Assembly (NCBI GenBank): GCA_946411205.1
Contig: CAMKDG010000001.1
Span: 8,478 to 72,477, forward strand
Direction: 5' to 3'
Source: an uncultured Desulfotomaculum sp.
GTDB lineage: Bacteria; Bacillota; Desulfotomaculia; Desulfotomaculales; Desulfotomaculaceae
DNA: 64,000 nt
Position numbers and translations under genes: made by a program. The notes beneath the pieces are model-generated. The model ran no database searches, was not told the origin of the DNA, and worked only from the letters and a program-made list of their open reading frames with translations. How positions within the stretch are numbered: position 1 is the stretch's first letter; every line of letters begins with the position of its first letter. Below are positions 55,564 to 64,000 of this stretch, in pieces.

Positions 55564-56238
55564 ATGGGTGCCAGGATTCTGGTCATTGACGACGATCCCA
55601 AAATCACCGCTATGTTGCAAAGGACTTTGACCTATGAAGGTTACCGGGTAGAGGTAGCCAATGACGGTGTTACCGGACTTGCCTTGGCCAAAAATAACCC
55701 ACCGGAATTATTAATCCTGGACATTATGTTGCCTGGCATGGATGGCTGGGAGATTTGCCAGCGATTTCGGCGGGAGAATTTTATACCTGTCCTTATTCTC
55801 AGTGCCAGAGATGAGGTAGAGAGCAAGGTAAAGGGTCTAAAACTGGGAGCAGACGACTATCTAGCGAAGCCCTTTGCCTTGGAAGAACTGTTGGCGCGGG
55901 TACAGGCGTTGCTGCGCCGTCACACGGTTTCCCAACGCATGATTCAGTTTTCGGATTTGAAAATTGATCTCGATACACGGGAAGTCTATCGGGCGGGTCA
56001 AAGGATCTCCCTAACCTCCAGAGAATATGAACTCTTAACCCTGTTGGTGGAGCACCCCAATATAGTGCTGACAAAAGATGTGATTCTTGATCGCATATGG
56101 GGCTGGGATTATACCGGTGGCCCTAATGTGGTGGAAGTCTATATCACCATGCTGCGTCAAAAAATAGAAAATCATGGCCCCAGGCTTATCCAAACCATTC
56201 GCGGTGCTGGGTATGTACTGAAGGAGCAAACACCATGA
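55564..56238 (+). CDS. OmpR-family response regulator (CssR-like by context)
   Basis: Receiver domain (ILVIDDD, DIMLPGMDG) plus winged helix (TIRGAGYVL). Follows htrA. Confidence 0.88.
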   Translation: MGARILVIDDDPKITAMLQRTLTYEGYRVEVANDGVTGLALAKNNPPELLILDIMLPGMDGWEICQRFRRENFIPVLILSARDEVESKVKGLKLGADDYLAKPFALEELLARVQALLRRHTVSQRMIQFSDLKIDLDTREVYRAGQRISLTSREYELLTLLVEHPNIVLTKDVILDRIWGWDYTGGPNVVEVYITMLRQKIENHGPRLIQTIRGAGYVLKEQTP

Positions 56239-57701
56239 CTTTGCGCTTGAAGTTAACTATTTGGTACAGTTGTGTTGTTAGTTTGACCTTAATCATCTTT
56301 TCCGTTATTGTTTATACTTTCCTATCCTATAGTCTGGTGCAGGAATTGGATCGGGAATTAGCCGGTCGTGCCGCGGGAGTGGCTTCCTCTGTCAAGGTGG
56401 TAGGACCAAATTTTTGGAATCAACAACGGGTGGTACTGCCTGATGTGGATGTTTTTGGTTATCCCAATACCTATCTGCAAGTGGTGGATACCACAGGAAG
56501 ATTGGTGGCTAAATCCAGCAATTTGTCCCGGCAAACCCTGCCTATGAGTGAGGATACGATTACCCTGAGTAAACAGGGGCATGTCTTTTATGAATGGCTG
56601 CAGGCAGGCGATCAGCGAATTCGGGTTTATAATTATCCCTTGGTGGCGCAAAATCAGGTGGTGGGTATTCTGCAGGTGGGACAACCTTTCTCCGGGCTGC
56701 AGGCGGCCCTCAATCAATTGAGGTGGTTGCTGTGGCTGTTTAGCGGCGGGATGATTCTAGTGGGCGCTACCATTGGCTGGTGGCTGGCTCGGGCTGCTCT
56801 TAAACCGGTGGAGTCTATTACCCTCACGGCAGAGCAAATTCGCCAAGATTTAAATTTACATCAGCGGATTCCCAAGGGTGAACACCAGGACGAATTAGGA
56901 TATTTAGTTGATACCCTGAATGCCATGCTGGACAATTTGGAAACTGCGTATCGTGAACTTTCGGAATCCCATACCGCCCAAAGAAGATTTGTTTCCGATG
57001 TTTCTCATGAATTAAAGACACCTTTAACCACCATTCGCGGCAACATTGACTTGATGATCCGGATGGGAGAGGAGCAACCAGAAGTAAGACGAGAAGCTTT
57101 GTTGGACATTGCTTCTGAAGTGAAGCGCATGAGCCGACTGGTGTCAGATATGCTGGTATTGGCCCGGGCCGACGCAGGGTTTACCATACCCTTGCAACCG
57201 GTGGCGGTTGATCAGGTGCTTGAGCAGGTTGCCCGTCAAGTCAGGATGCTGTCTGAAGAAGTGGATTTTCATCTGCACGTGGCTGAAACCTGCCGCGGTG
57301 TCAGGATTATGGCCGATCCGGATTATCTCAGACAGCTTTTGCTGATACTTTTGGATAATGCGATAAAATATACTTCACCTCAGGGTTGGGTAGAGCTAGC
57401 TGCCCATTGCACAGACGGCAGAATCGATGTGCAGGTTAGTGATAACGGCTTGGGTATCGACGAAGGTGAGATAAATCATATTTTCGAACGGTTTTATCGG
57501 TTGGATAAATCACGACCAACAGGGGGCACCGGCTTAGGTTTGGCCATTGCCAGTTGGATTACTCAGCAGCATGGTGCCAAACTAACCGTGAAAAGTCAGC
57601 TACACCAGGGGAGTGTATTTACAGTAACGTTTCCTACAGTAAGGGAACAACTAATAGAAGAGAAAATTCAACAAGCGGAGGGGTCCAGTGTCCAGACATA
57701 G
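56235..57701 (+). CDS. Sensor histidine kinase (CssS-like by context)
   Basis: Two TM helices with an extracytoplasmic loop, HAMP domain, H-box VSDVSHELKTPLT, N/G boxes. Start overlaps the regulator stop. Confidence 0.88.
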   Translation: MTLRLKLTIWYSCVVSLTLIIFSVIVYTFLSYSLVQELDRELAGRAAGVASSVKVVGPNFWNQQRVVLPDVDVFGYPNTYLQVVDTTGRLVAKSSNLSRQTLPMSEDTITLSKQGHVFYEWLQAGDQRIRVYNYPLVAQNQVVGILQVGQPFSGLQAALNQLRWLLWLFSGGMILVGATIGWWLARAALKPVESITLTAEQIRQDLNLHQRIPKGEHQDELGYLVDTLNAMLDNLETAYRELSESHTAQRRFVSDVSHELKTPLTTIRGNIDLMIRMGEEQPEVRREALLDIASEVKRMSRLVSDMLVLARADAGFTIPLQPVAVDQVLEQVARQVRMLSEEVDFHLHVAETCRGVRIMADPDYLRQLLLILLDNAIKYTSPQGWVELAAHCTDGRIDVQVSDNGLGIDEGEINHIFERFYRLDKSRPTGGTGLGLAIASWITQQHGAKLTVKSQLHQGSVFTVTFPTVREQLIEEKIQQAEGSSVQT

Positions 57702-58401
57702 ATTTTCTCGCACCGAGATGCTAATTGGTGAGGCGGGTCTAGCTAAGCTTAAGCTTGCCAGGGTGATCGTTTTTGGGGTGGGCGGCGTTGGTTCTTACAC
57801 GGTCGAGGCTTTGGCTCGGGCAGGTATCGGTGAATTAACCTTAGTGGATTTTGATACCGTAGATGTAACCAATATTAACCGTCAACTGCATGCTATGGAG
57901 GATACCATTGGCAGGTATAAAGTAGATTTAATGGCGGAGCGGATCAAACATATTAATCCCGAGGCAATGGTTACGCCCATTCGGGAGTTTTACTCACCGC
58001 AAAACGGTGATGCTCTGCTAAAAGGCGATTATTCCTATGTAGTGGATGCCATTGATAACGTGACTGGTAAGCTGGATATTATTAAGAGATGCTACTCCCA
58101 GGGTCTGCCCGTTATCTCCTGTATGGGAGCGGGCAATAAATTGGACCCGGCAGCCTTTCGCGTGGCGGATATATCAGAAACCTCAGTGGACCCTTTGGCC
58201 AGAGTGATGCGTCGGGAACTGCGGAAAGCACAAATAGAAAAGGGGGTTAAGGTGGTCTTTTCGGTGGAACCGCCGATTACCCCGCAACAACGGGTGGTGA
58301 AAGGGGAGGCTGCAACATCCCTGGCCCCCGGCAGCATATCCTTTGTTCCCGCTGCCGCAGGGTTGGTATTGGCGGGAGCAGTGGTAAGGGGACTGCTTTA
58401 A
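57688..58401 (+). CDS. tcdA: tRNA threonylcarbamoyladenosine dehydratase (ThiF-family, TcdA/CsdL-like)
   Basis: GVGGVGS Rossmann motif, LVDFD.V..TNINRQ, 237 aa. Confidence 0.8.
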   Translation: MSRHRFSRTEMLIGEAGLAKLKLARVIVFGVGGVGSYTVEALARAGIGELTLVDFDTVDVTNINRQLHAMEDTIGRYKVDLMAERIKHINPEAMVTPIREFYSPQNGDALLKGDYSYVVDAIDNVTGKLDIIKRCYSQGLPVISCMGAGNKLDPAAFRVADISETSVDPLARVMRRELRKAQIEKGVKVVFSVEPPITPQQRVVKGEAATSLAPGSISFVPAAAGLVLAGAVVRGLL

Positions 58402-58481
58402 TTTGACAAGGGAAACTACCTGGAATATAATGTAGCAATCTAAAGCTTGAAGTCAATAAAAAGGAGAAGGGGTTGTTTGGC

Positions 58482-58808
58482 ATGGCTAAAAACATACTGA
58501 TCCTAAATGATGAGAGCTTCAAAGAAACCATATCGAACCAAAAGGGTCCTCTATTAGTAGATTTTTGGGCCGATTGGTGTGGCCCTTGTCAAATGCTGGC
58601 GCCGGAAGTGGACAGGCTGGCCACCGAACTGAAAGGGCAAGTGCAGGTCTGTAAAATCAATGTTGATGACAATCGGGATACCACCGACCGACTGGGAATT
58701 ATCAGCATTCCCACGCTGATTTTCTTAAAAGATGGTAAGGAAGTGGAAAGAACCACGGGCTTTCGGAAAAAAGAAGAGTTACTGGGAATGATCCAAAAAC
58801 ATCTATAA
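58482..58808 (+). CDS. trxA: Thioredoxin
   Basis: WADWCGPCQ active site; about 108 aa. Confidence 0.95.
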   Translation: MAKNILILNDESFKETISNQKGPLLVDFWADWCGPCQMLAPEVDRLATELKGQVQVCKINVDDNRDTTDRLGIISIPTLIFLKDGKEVERTTGFRKKEELLGMIQKHL

Positions 58809-58896
58809 ATAGAAACACCTATAGGTCACAAGCAGGCAAGTAGAGCCAGCTTTTCTGATCTTTTCTCAAATATAATTAGTAGATTTTCTGTATAGT

Positions 58897-58921
58897 AATA
58901 CCACTTTGGTGGTATTTTTTT
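58897..58921 (+). terminator. Rho-independent terminator after trxA
   Basis: AATACCAC-tttg-GTGGTATT followed by T7. Confidence 0.8.
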
Positions 58922-58971
58922 ATATTAGATTTTCTCTGTGTTATACTTGAGCATTTTACTCGGAATTAGCG

Positions 58972-59000
58972 TTGACATAGGGAAACAAGCGTGATATTCT
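58972..59000 (+). promoter_or_regulatory. Promoter of the iscR-nifS-nifU-mnmA operon
   Basis: TTGACA, 17 nt, (TGa)TATTCT. Confidence 0.55.
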
Positions 59001-59012
59001 ACTCCTAGAAAA

Positions 59013-59029
59013 CCGAGTGGTTTACTTGG
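59013..59029 (+). promoter_or_regulatory. Candidate Rrf2 operator overlapping the transcription start
   Basis: Imperfect inverted repeat CCGAGT-ggttt-ACTTGG. A related TACTTGAG/TACTCGGA pair lies at 58944-58966. Confidence 0.35.
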
Positions 59030-59053
59030 GATTAATAAAGGGGGTGGTGTTTC

Positions 59054-59500
59054 TTGCGGCTGTCCACGAAGGGACATTATGGACTGAAGGCGATGTTTGA
59101 TTTAGCCATGCACTATGGGTCCGATCCCCTACCCATTCCCTTAAAGGTGATAGCAGAGAGGCAAGGGATATCAGAGCACTACTTGGAACAATTAATTGCA
59201 GTTTTAAGAAAGATCGGGTTGGTTAAAAGCATTCGAGGAGCCCAGGGAGGTTATATCCTGGCCAGGCCGCCTTCGCAAATCAAGGTGGGGGATGTGATAC
59301 GTGCCCTGGAGGGTCCCATTGCCCCTCTGGATTGCGTTAGTGAATTTGAACCAACCGCCTGTGAAAAGGAACATTACTGCATTTCACGGGATATCTGGGC
59401 CAGAGTGAGGGATAGTATTGCAGAGGTACTGGATTCCATTACTTTGGAGGATATGTGCCGGGATGCGGCAAAAGTAAGCCCTAATAGGGTAGAGTCATAG
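59054..59500 (+). CDS. Rrf2-family transcriptional regulator (IscR/CymR-like)
   Basis: MRLSTKGHYGL N-terminus, SIRGAQGGYILARP, Cys ligands C..C.....C. Confidence 0.9.
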   Translation: MRLSTKGHYGLKAMFDLAMHYGSDPLPIPLKVIAERQGISEHYLEQLIAVLRKIGLVKSIRGAQGGYILARPPSQIKVGDVIRALEGPIAPLDCVSEFEPTACEKEHYCISRDIWARVRDSIAEVLDSITLEDMCRDAAKVSPNRVES

Positions 59501-59524
59501 ATCACCTAAGGAGGCGCACTGTGC

Positions 59525-60769
59525 ATGAGAAAAGTTTATTTTGACCACTCGGCAACAACCCCGGTAGATCCCGCTGTTGCTGAAGAAATGCTGAAATACT
59601 TAACCGAACATTATGGCAATCCCTCCAGTATTCACGCCTTTGGTCGGGAAGCCCGGAAAGCTGTAGAGAAGGCTAGACAACAGGTGGCCACAGCTATTGG
59701 TGCTTCCAGTGTGGGTGAGATTTCCTTCGCCGGTACCGGTACCGAAGCCGACAATATGGCCATCCGGGGTGTTGCCTATGCCAACCGACAAAAGGGAAAT
59801 CATATTATTACCTCTGCGGCAGAACACAGCGCGGTATTAAACTGCTGTAAACAGTTGGAACGAGAGGGCTTTACCGTAACTGTTTTACCATTGGATAAAT
59901 ATGGTCGGGTGACTGCTCAGCAGGTAGCCGAAGCCATTACTGATAAAACCATTTTGATCACCATTATGCATGCCAATAACGAGATTGGTACGATTATGCC
60001 AATTCGCGAAATTTCCGAAGTAGCTCGGGCCAGAAAGATTATTTTTCATACGGATGCCGTGCAAAGTGTTGGCAAAATTCCAGTGAATGTTGACGAACTG
60101 GGTGTGGACTTGCTAACCCTGTCTGGTCATAAAATCTATGGTCCTAAGGGTATTGGGGCTATGTATATCCGCAAAGGAACCTTTTGGCAGCCGATCCTCT
60201 TTGGTGGGGGTCAAGAACGCCGCCGCCGTCCCGGTACTGAGAATGTGGCTGGCATTGTCGGCTTAGGTAAAGCCATTGAGTTGGCCACCCAGAATATGCA
60301 TACAGAGGCGGAGCGCCTTGCTAAATATCGTGATCGTATCTTTAAAGAAGTAATGGAAAAGATCCCCAATACTATTCTTACCGGTCATCCTGAGCAGCGG
60401 TTACCCGGTCATGTTAGTTTCTGCTTCCGGTTTATTGAGGGTGAATCCATGCTGCTGATGCTGGATATGAAAGGAATCGCTATTTCCAGTGGTTCTGCCT
60501 GCACCTCGGGTTCCTTGGAACCTTCCCATGTGTTGACGGCCATTGGTTTGACCAAAGAGGTGGCCCATGGCTCCCTACGTCTCACCATGGGTAGGATAAA
60601 CACCGAAGAAGATGTTGAATATTTCCTGGAGGTTCTGCCTCCGATCATTGAGCGGCTAAGAGCCATGTCACCCTTGGGTGAAGGGTGTAACCCCTGTGCC
60701 TGCAGTACATGCACGATACATGATGAAGATCATCATGATCACGGGGAATTTGATGAGGATGCATATTAA
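59525..60769 (+). CDS. nifS: Cysteine desulfurase (NifS/IscS type) with a Cys/His/acidic C-terminal tail
   Basis: Motifs SGHKIYGPKGIG (PLP Lys) and SSGSACTSG (active Cys). Tail: GEGCNPCACSTCTIHDEDHHDHGEFDEDAY. Confidence 0.93.
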   Translation: MRKVYFDHSATTPVDPAVAEEMLKYLTEHYGNPSSIHAFGREARKAVEKARQQVATAIGASSVGEISFAGTGTEADNMAIRGVAYANRQKGNHIITSAAEHSAVLNCCKQLEREGFTVTVLPLDKYGRVTAQQVAEAITDKTILITIMHANNEIGTIMPIREISEVARARKIIFHTDAVQSVGKIPVNVDELGVDLLTLSGHKIYGPKGIGAMYIRKGTFWQPILFGGGQERRRRPGTENVAGIVGLGKAIELATQNMHTEAERLAKYRDRIFKEVMEKIPNTILTGHPEQRLPGHVSFCFRFIEGESMLLMLDMKGIAISSGSACTSGSLEPSHVLTAIGLTKEVAHGSLRLTMGRINTEEDVEYFLEVLPPIIERLRAMSPLGEGCNPCACSTCTIHDEDHHDHGEFDEDAY

Positions 60770-60799
60770 ACATAGATAAGGGAATGAGGAGGTTGTTCT

Positions 60800-61171
60800 A
60801 TGTATACTGAAAAGGTAATGGATCATTTCACCAATCCCCGTAACGTGGGAGAAATTGAAAATGCAGACGGAGCGGGCCAAGTGGGCAATCCCAGCTGCGG
60901 TGACATCATGAAAATCACCTTAAAGGTAGAGGACAATATCATTAAAGACATTAAGTTTAAAACCTTTGGTTGTGGTGCAGCGGTGGCTACCAGCAGTATG
61001 GTTACGGAAATGGCTTTGGGCAAGACCATTGATGAAGCCCTGCAGATAACCAATAAGGCTGTGGCGGAGGCTTTAGAAGGATTGCCCCCGGCTAAAATGC
61101 ACTGTTCCAATTTGGCTGCAGATGCTTTAAAAGCGGCTATCGAAGATTATCAGAAAAAACAAAACGCGTAG
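60800..61171 (+). CDS. nifU: Fe-S cluster assembly scaffold (NifU N-terminal/IscU type)
   Basis: Motifs GNPSCGD, FKTFGCGAA, HCSNLA. Confidence 0.93.
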   Translation: MYTEKVMDHFTNPRNVGEIENADGAGQVGNPSCGDIMKITLKVEDNIIKDIKFKTFGCGAAVATSSMVTEMALGKTIDEALQITNKAVAEALEGLPPAKMHCSNLAADALKAAIEDYQKKQNA

Positions 61172-61181
61172 GTGAAGCCTT

Positions 61182-62279
61182 TTGGCAACCAAACAAAGAG
61201 TATTAGTAGCCATGAGCGGCGGAGTAGACAGTTCTGTCACCGCCGCCCTTTTACAGCAGCAGGGGTATGAGGTTGTCGGAGTAACCATGCAAATTTGGGA
61301 CCCGGACGTTACCGTGGTGGATAACGATTATGTAGGCTGCTGCTCCCTAACCGCAGTGGACGATGCCCGGCGGGTGGCAGATATATTGGGCATTCCTTAT
61401 TATGTCCTTAACTTCCGGGATCTGTTTACGGAAAAGGTTATTCAATATTTTGTTGATGAATATTTTCAAGGACGTACGCCGAACCCTTGTATTGCTTGCA
61501 ATCGATTTGTTAAGTTCGAGGCATTGTTGCAAAAAGCTCGTCAAATGGGCTTTGACTACATTGCTACCGGCCATTATGCTCGCCTTAGTTACAGTGAGCA
61601 ATATGGACGCTGGACAGTAGAGAAGGCTTTGGATGAGCGAAAAGACCAAACGTATGTGCTGTATAGCTTCACCCAGGATCAAATTGCGCACACCCTAATG
61701 CCCCTGGCCGGATATACCAAGGATCAGGTGCGGCAAATGGCTAAAGAATGGGGCTTACCTACCCACTCTAAACCAGAAAGCCAGGAAATTTGCTTTGTGC
61801 ACGATAACAATTATCGTAACTTCTTGGATGAGCGGACGAAGGGCGGTATTCAGGCTGGCCCGTTCCTGGATTTGCAGGGAAACGTTATCGGTCAGCATAA
61901 GGGAATCCCTTTCTATACCATTGGCCAGCGTAGGGGTTTGGGTCTGGCTACCGGGAAAAGAATCTATGTGGTGGATATTGATGTAGAGAACAATGCAGTG
62001 GTGGTAGGACCGGAGGAAGCTATCTGGGGTACCGAGCTGATTGCCTCTGATAATAATTTTATCCTGTTTGAAGAGTTGACCTCCCCCAAGGAATTAGCAG
62101 CCCAGGTTCGCTATAACAGCAAACCTTCCCCAGCCTTGCTTGAACCCATGGAGAAAGGTCTAGTAAAGGTTACCTTTAAGGTTCCCCAGCGTTCCATCAC
62201 CCCTGGACAAGCGGTGGTGTACTACCAGGATGATTACCTGGTAGGTGGTGGTACTATTGAAAAGTCAGTAGGTAAATAG
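61182..62279 (+). CDS. mnmA: tRNA-specific 2-thiouridylase MnmA
   Basis: PP-loop AMSGGVDSS, NPCIACN, ATGHYAR, KDQTY.L. Confidence 0.95.
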   Translation: MATKQRVLVAMSGGVDSSVTAALLQQQGYEVVGVTMQIWDPDVTVVDNDYVGCCSLTAVDDARRVADILGIPYYVLNFRDLFTEKVIQYFVDEYFQGRTPNPCIACNRFVKFEALLQKARQMGFDYIATGHYARLSYSEQYGRWTVEKALDERKDQTYVLYSFTQDQIAHTLMPLAGYTKDQVRQMAKEWGLPTHSKPESQEICFVHDNNYRNFLDERTKGGIQAGPFLDLQGNVIGQHKGIPFYTIGQRRGLGLATGKRIYVVDIDVENNAVVVGPEEAIWGTELIASDNNFILFEELTSPKELAAQVRYNSKPSPALLEPMEKGLVKVTFKVPQRSITPGQAVVYYQDDYLVGGGTIEKSVGK

Positions 62280-62286
62280 GAAGAGT

Positions 62287-62317
62287 AAAAAGAGTGCCCT
62301 AGAGGGTGCTCTTTTTA
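62287..62317 (+). terminator. Rho-independent terminator after mnmA
   Basis: AGAGTGCCC-taga-GGGTGCTCT (two G-U pairs) followed by T5. Confidence 0.75.
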
Positions 62318-62478
62318 TTTATAACAGATATAGACAGCTAACCCGAGCTAATCTAGTTTCCTGAATTATCTAAAAATATTTGTAAGATTATACAAAATAT
62401 ACTAAATTATTTAGTTCTATTACCGATATAGTAAAGTAATATAATGCAGCATTTAAAGTAATTTATTAAAAATAAATT

Positions 62479-62510
62479 AAATATATTGTATTTTGTAATA
62501 CAATATATTT
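62479..62510. repeat. 14-bp perfect inverted repeat in an AT-rich spacer
   Basis: AAATATATTGTATT-ttgt-AATACAATATATTT. Confidence 0.7.
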
Positions 62511-62741
62511 TTGATTTTACAAATAGTTTTTATACGCAATCATTGTAAGATAACCTTTTTAAAACTCATTAATAAATATTCATAAGATTATAGTTGGTAA
62601 TATTCTTTTGTGATTTGCAAATCGAAATTTTGGGAGGGAGAAAATGAGGTTGTGTTGCAAATTATAAAAGATTTAAAGGGGTGGTAGCAAAAAGAAATAG
62701 GATGTAGCTGTATGTAAATTAATGTAAGGGGGAAATAAACG

Positions 62742-63608
62742 ATGAAAAAAATCTCTGGGAAACTGTTGCTGCTTGTCTTCGTAGTTATGCTGAGTTTTGG
62801 TATGGCAAGCACCGCCGCCTACGCGGATGAGGAGAAAATTTTTCTTGAACGCTTTGACGCTAGCCCTGTTAAAGCAATTACAAGGCTTACAGCACCTGAA
62901 TTTGGAAAGAAATATTATTATGAATACACCCCTACTAATGCCAGTGCCAATACCATTTCTGTTTTTTCAAACTACACGCAATTGAGGGTCAGCGTATGCG
63001 AGATGGTTTATGGAGAGGGAGAGGTGGAACTCCTTAATAGTAACAATCCTGAATATGATTCCGTGCATTGTACCAAAGATCTGGGAACTTTTAAGTGCAA
63101 GAGAATGGAGAAGGTACCCTTTAACTTCAAAGTTGGGAAGACCTACCGCATTTACTTGTATCTTGCCGCCCCAGAAAATCCAACGACATTTCTCGATCCT
63201 AGTGGAAAGTCTGTACACTGGATGTTCTATGTGGCTGAACCATTGTACACAGGTTTTACCACCAATAACTTTATGTCAAAAGCTGGAGGATACGCAACGC
63301 CTGGCAAATGGATGCCAAATCAAAGTATTTCGGTAACCGGATTGCCTAAGAATATTATTAAGACCAGTAACATTAACCTAGTGGCTGGAGTTTTACCCTC
63401 AGAAAATGGTGGCTGGAGGCTTACTAATGGGAATGGGATGACGATAACCGCACCACAATTTAATACCGGCATTTCTAATGTCAACAAATCGTTCCTGAAG
63501 GATGGCACATGGCAAATATCGCTATACTGTAATTCAAATACTCCAAGCAATAAATTTATAACTCTAGGTATTTGGTTCGACATAGTTTATGAATTAGGGT
63601 CTCAGTAG
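62742..63608 (+). CDS. Secreted protein of unknown function (288 aa)
   Basis: RBS AAGGGGG. Signal peptide MKKISGKLLLLVFVVMLSFGMASTAAYA/DE. AT-rich codons and no recognised motif. Confidence 0.7.
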   Translation: MKKISGKLLLLVFVVMLSFGMASTAAYADEEKIFLERFDASPVKAITRLTAPEFGKKYYYEYTPTNASANTISVFSNYTQLRVSVCEMVYGEGEVELLNSNNPEYDSVHCTKDLGTFKCKRMEKVPFNFKVGKTYRIYLYLAAPENPTTFLDPSGKSVHWMFYVAEPLYTGFTTNNFMSKAGGYATPGKWMPNQSISVTGLPKNIIKTSNINLVAGVLPSENGGWRLTNGNGMTITAPQFNTGISNVNKSFLKDGTWQISLYCNSNTPSNKFITLGIWFDIVYELGSQ

Positions 63609-63647
63609 AAATCTGTAGCATAATATTTCAGGCAAGGCGTTGTTGTA

Positions 63648-63680
63648 CACAGCTTATAGGGGACTTCCCTATAAGCTGTG
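63648..63680 (+). terminator. Hairpin after the secreted-protein gene
   Basis: 14-bp perfect stem CACAGCTTATAGGG-gactt-CCCTATAAGCTGTG, then TTGCAATTTCTT. Confidence 0.6.
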
Positions 63681-63707
63681 TTGCAATTTCTTATGGGGAG
63701 GAATCAT

Positions 63708-64000
63708 ATGAGTATTTCATCAATAAACAGCGGCATTGCCAGTTATACAAATGCAGTATCACAAGCCCCCAAAAGCAGCGTGGTTACGGAAAGAGATGCT
63801 GTGGTGAGAGCGGCTGATAAGCCGCTAGACGATAGCTTAGATTTCAGCAAGTCAGCCAGTAGGGCTTATGAGAGGAGAAAAGAGGAACTGGGGTATTATC
63901 CGGTGACTGGTTTTGCTTATGAGCTTCATCTTGAGGATCGCTACTATTTGGGCAACATGACACCTGAGGATGTAAAACAGGAATTTCTAGATTTTGTAAA
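63708..64000 (+). CDS. Hypothetical protein, N-terminal part (runs off the window; not in the ORF track)
   Basis: GGGGAGG lies 7 nt before the ATG at 63708. The frame is open for 97 codons to the window end (MSISSINSGIASYTNAVSQAPK...). Confidence 0.5.
   Translation, partial: MSISSINSGIASYTNAVSQAPKSSVVTERDAVVRAADKPLDDSLDFSKSASRAYERRKEELGYYPVTGFAYELHLEDRYYLGNMTPEDVKQEFLDFV

Noticed and set aside
1-64000. Search for rRNA, tRNA, CRISPR arrays, transposases, integrases, IS inverted repeats and known defence-system genes
   Set aside because: I saw no cloverleaf-like tRNA sequences, no regularly spaced direct repeats of CRISPR type, and no DDE, tyrosine or serine recombinase motifs in any ORF. The only accessory-looking DNA is 27.9-30.8 kb, 11.5-13.4 kb and beyond 62.3 kb.

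Overview
The window is a 64-kb chromosomal segment from a spore-forming anaerobic Firmicute. Gene content suggests Clostridia, perhaps Peptococcaceae or Desulfotomaculum-like; this is inference only. Nearly all of it is housekeeping DNA.

Gene content in order:
- The distal division cluster (pgeF/ylmD, yggS/ylmE, sepF, yggT, ylmH, divIVA, T-box-ileS), interrupted by phoP-phoR, an orphan pstB-phoU unit and a membrane-anchored HlyD-like gene.
- Two tandem Moco-type riboswitch-like leaders in front of an 84-aa orphan ORF, then a convergent XRE regulator.
- moeA-mobB followed by a Tat-exported selenocysteine formate dehydrogenase operon (fdnG with in-frame UGA, fdnH, NrfD-type membrane subunit, fdhE).
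- An alpha/beta SASP gene.
- A tandem glycine riboswitch with gcvT-gcvH-gcvPA-gcvPB.
- A CDF metal exporter behind a structured leader.
- A small accessory islet: a decayed LuxR remnant, a G+C-richer Smr-less MutS2 paralogue with a promoter, 5-codon uORF and terminator leader, and a possible 26-codon mini-gene.
- An EamA transporter and an amino-acid ABC transporter.
- recJ-apt-relA-dtd and an MBL hydrolase.
- A CoA-transferase pair, a frameshifted yfcH-like epimerase and a yfcE-like phosphoesterase.
- A GH18/copper-amine-oxidase-N secreted protein and an XRE plus membrane-protein pair with a triple palindromic operator.
- A HAD hydrolase, a DUF896 protein with a Cys/His tail and a LysR regulator.
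- T-box-hisS-aspS.
- htrA with a CssRS-like two-component pair.
- tcdA, trxA and iscR-nifS-nifU-mnmA.
- An AT-rich region at the 3' end encoding unknown secreted proteins.

No rRNA, tRNA, CRISPR array or transposase was seen.

The most unusual items are the regulated Smr-less MutS2 islet, the tandem Moco leaders driving an orphan ORF, and two unassigned structured non-coding regions (about 44.73-44.84 kb and 54.01-54.36 kb). All family assignments come from reading motifs by eye. No database search was run.
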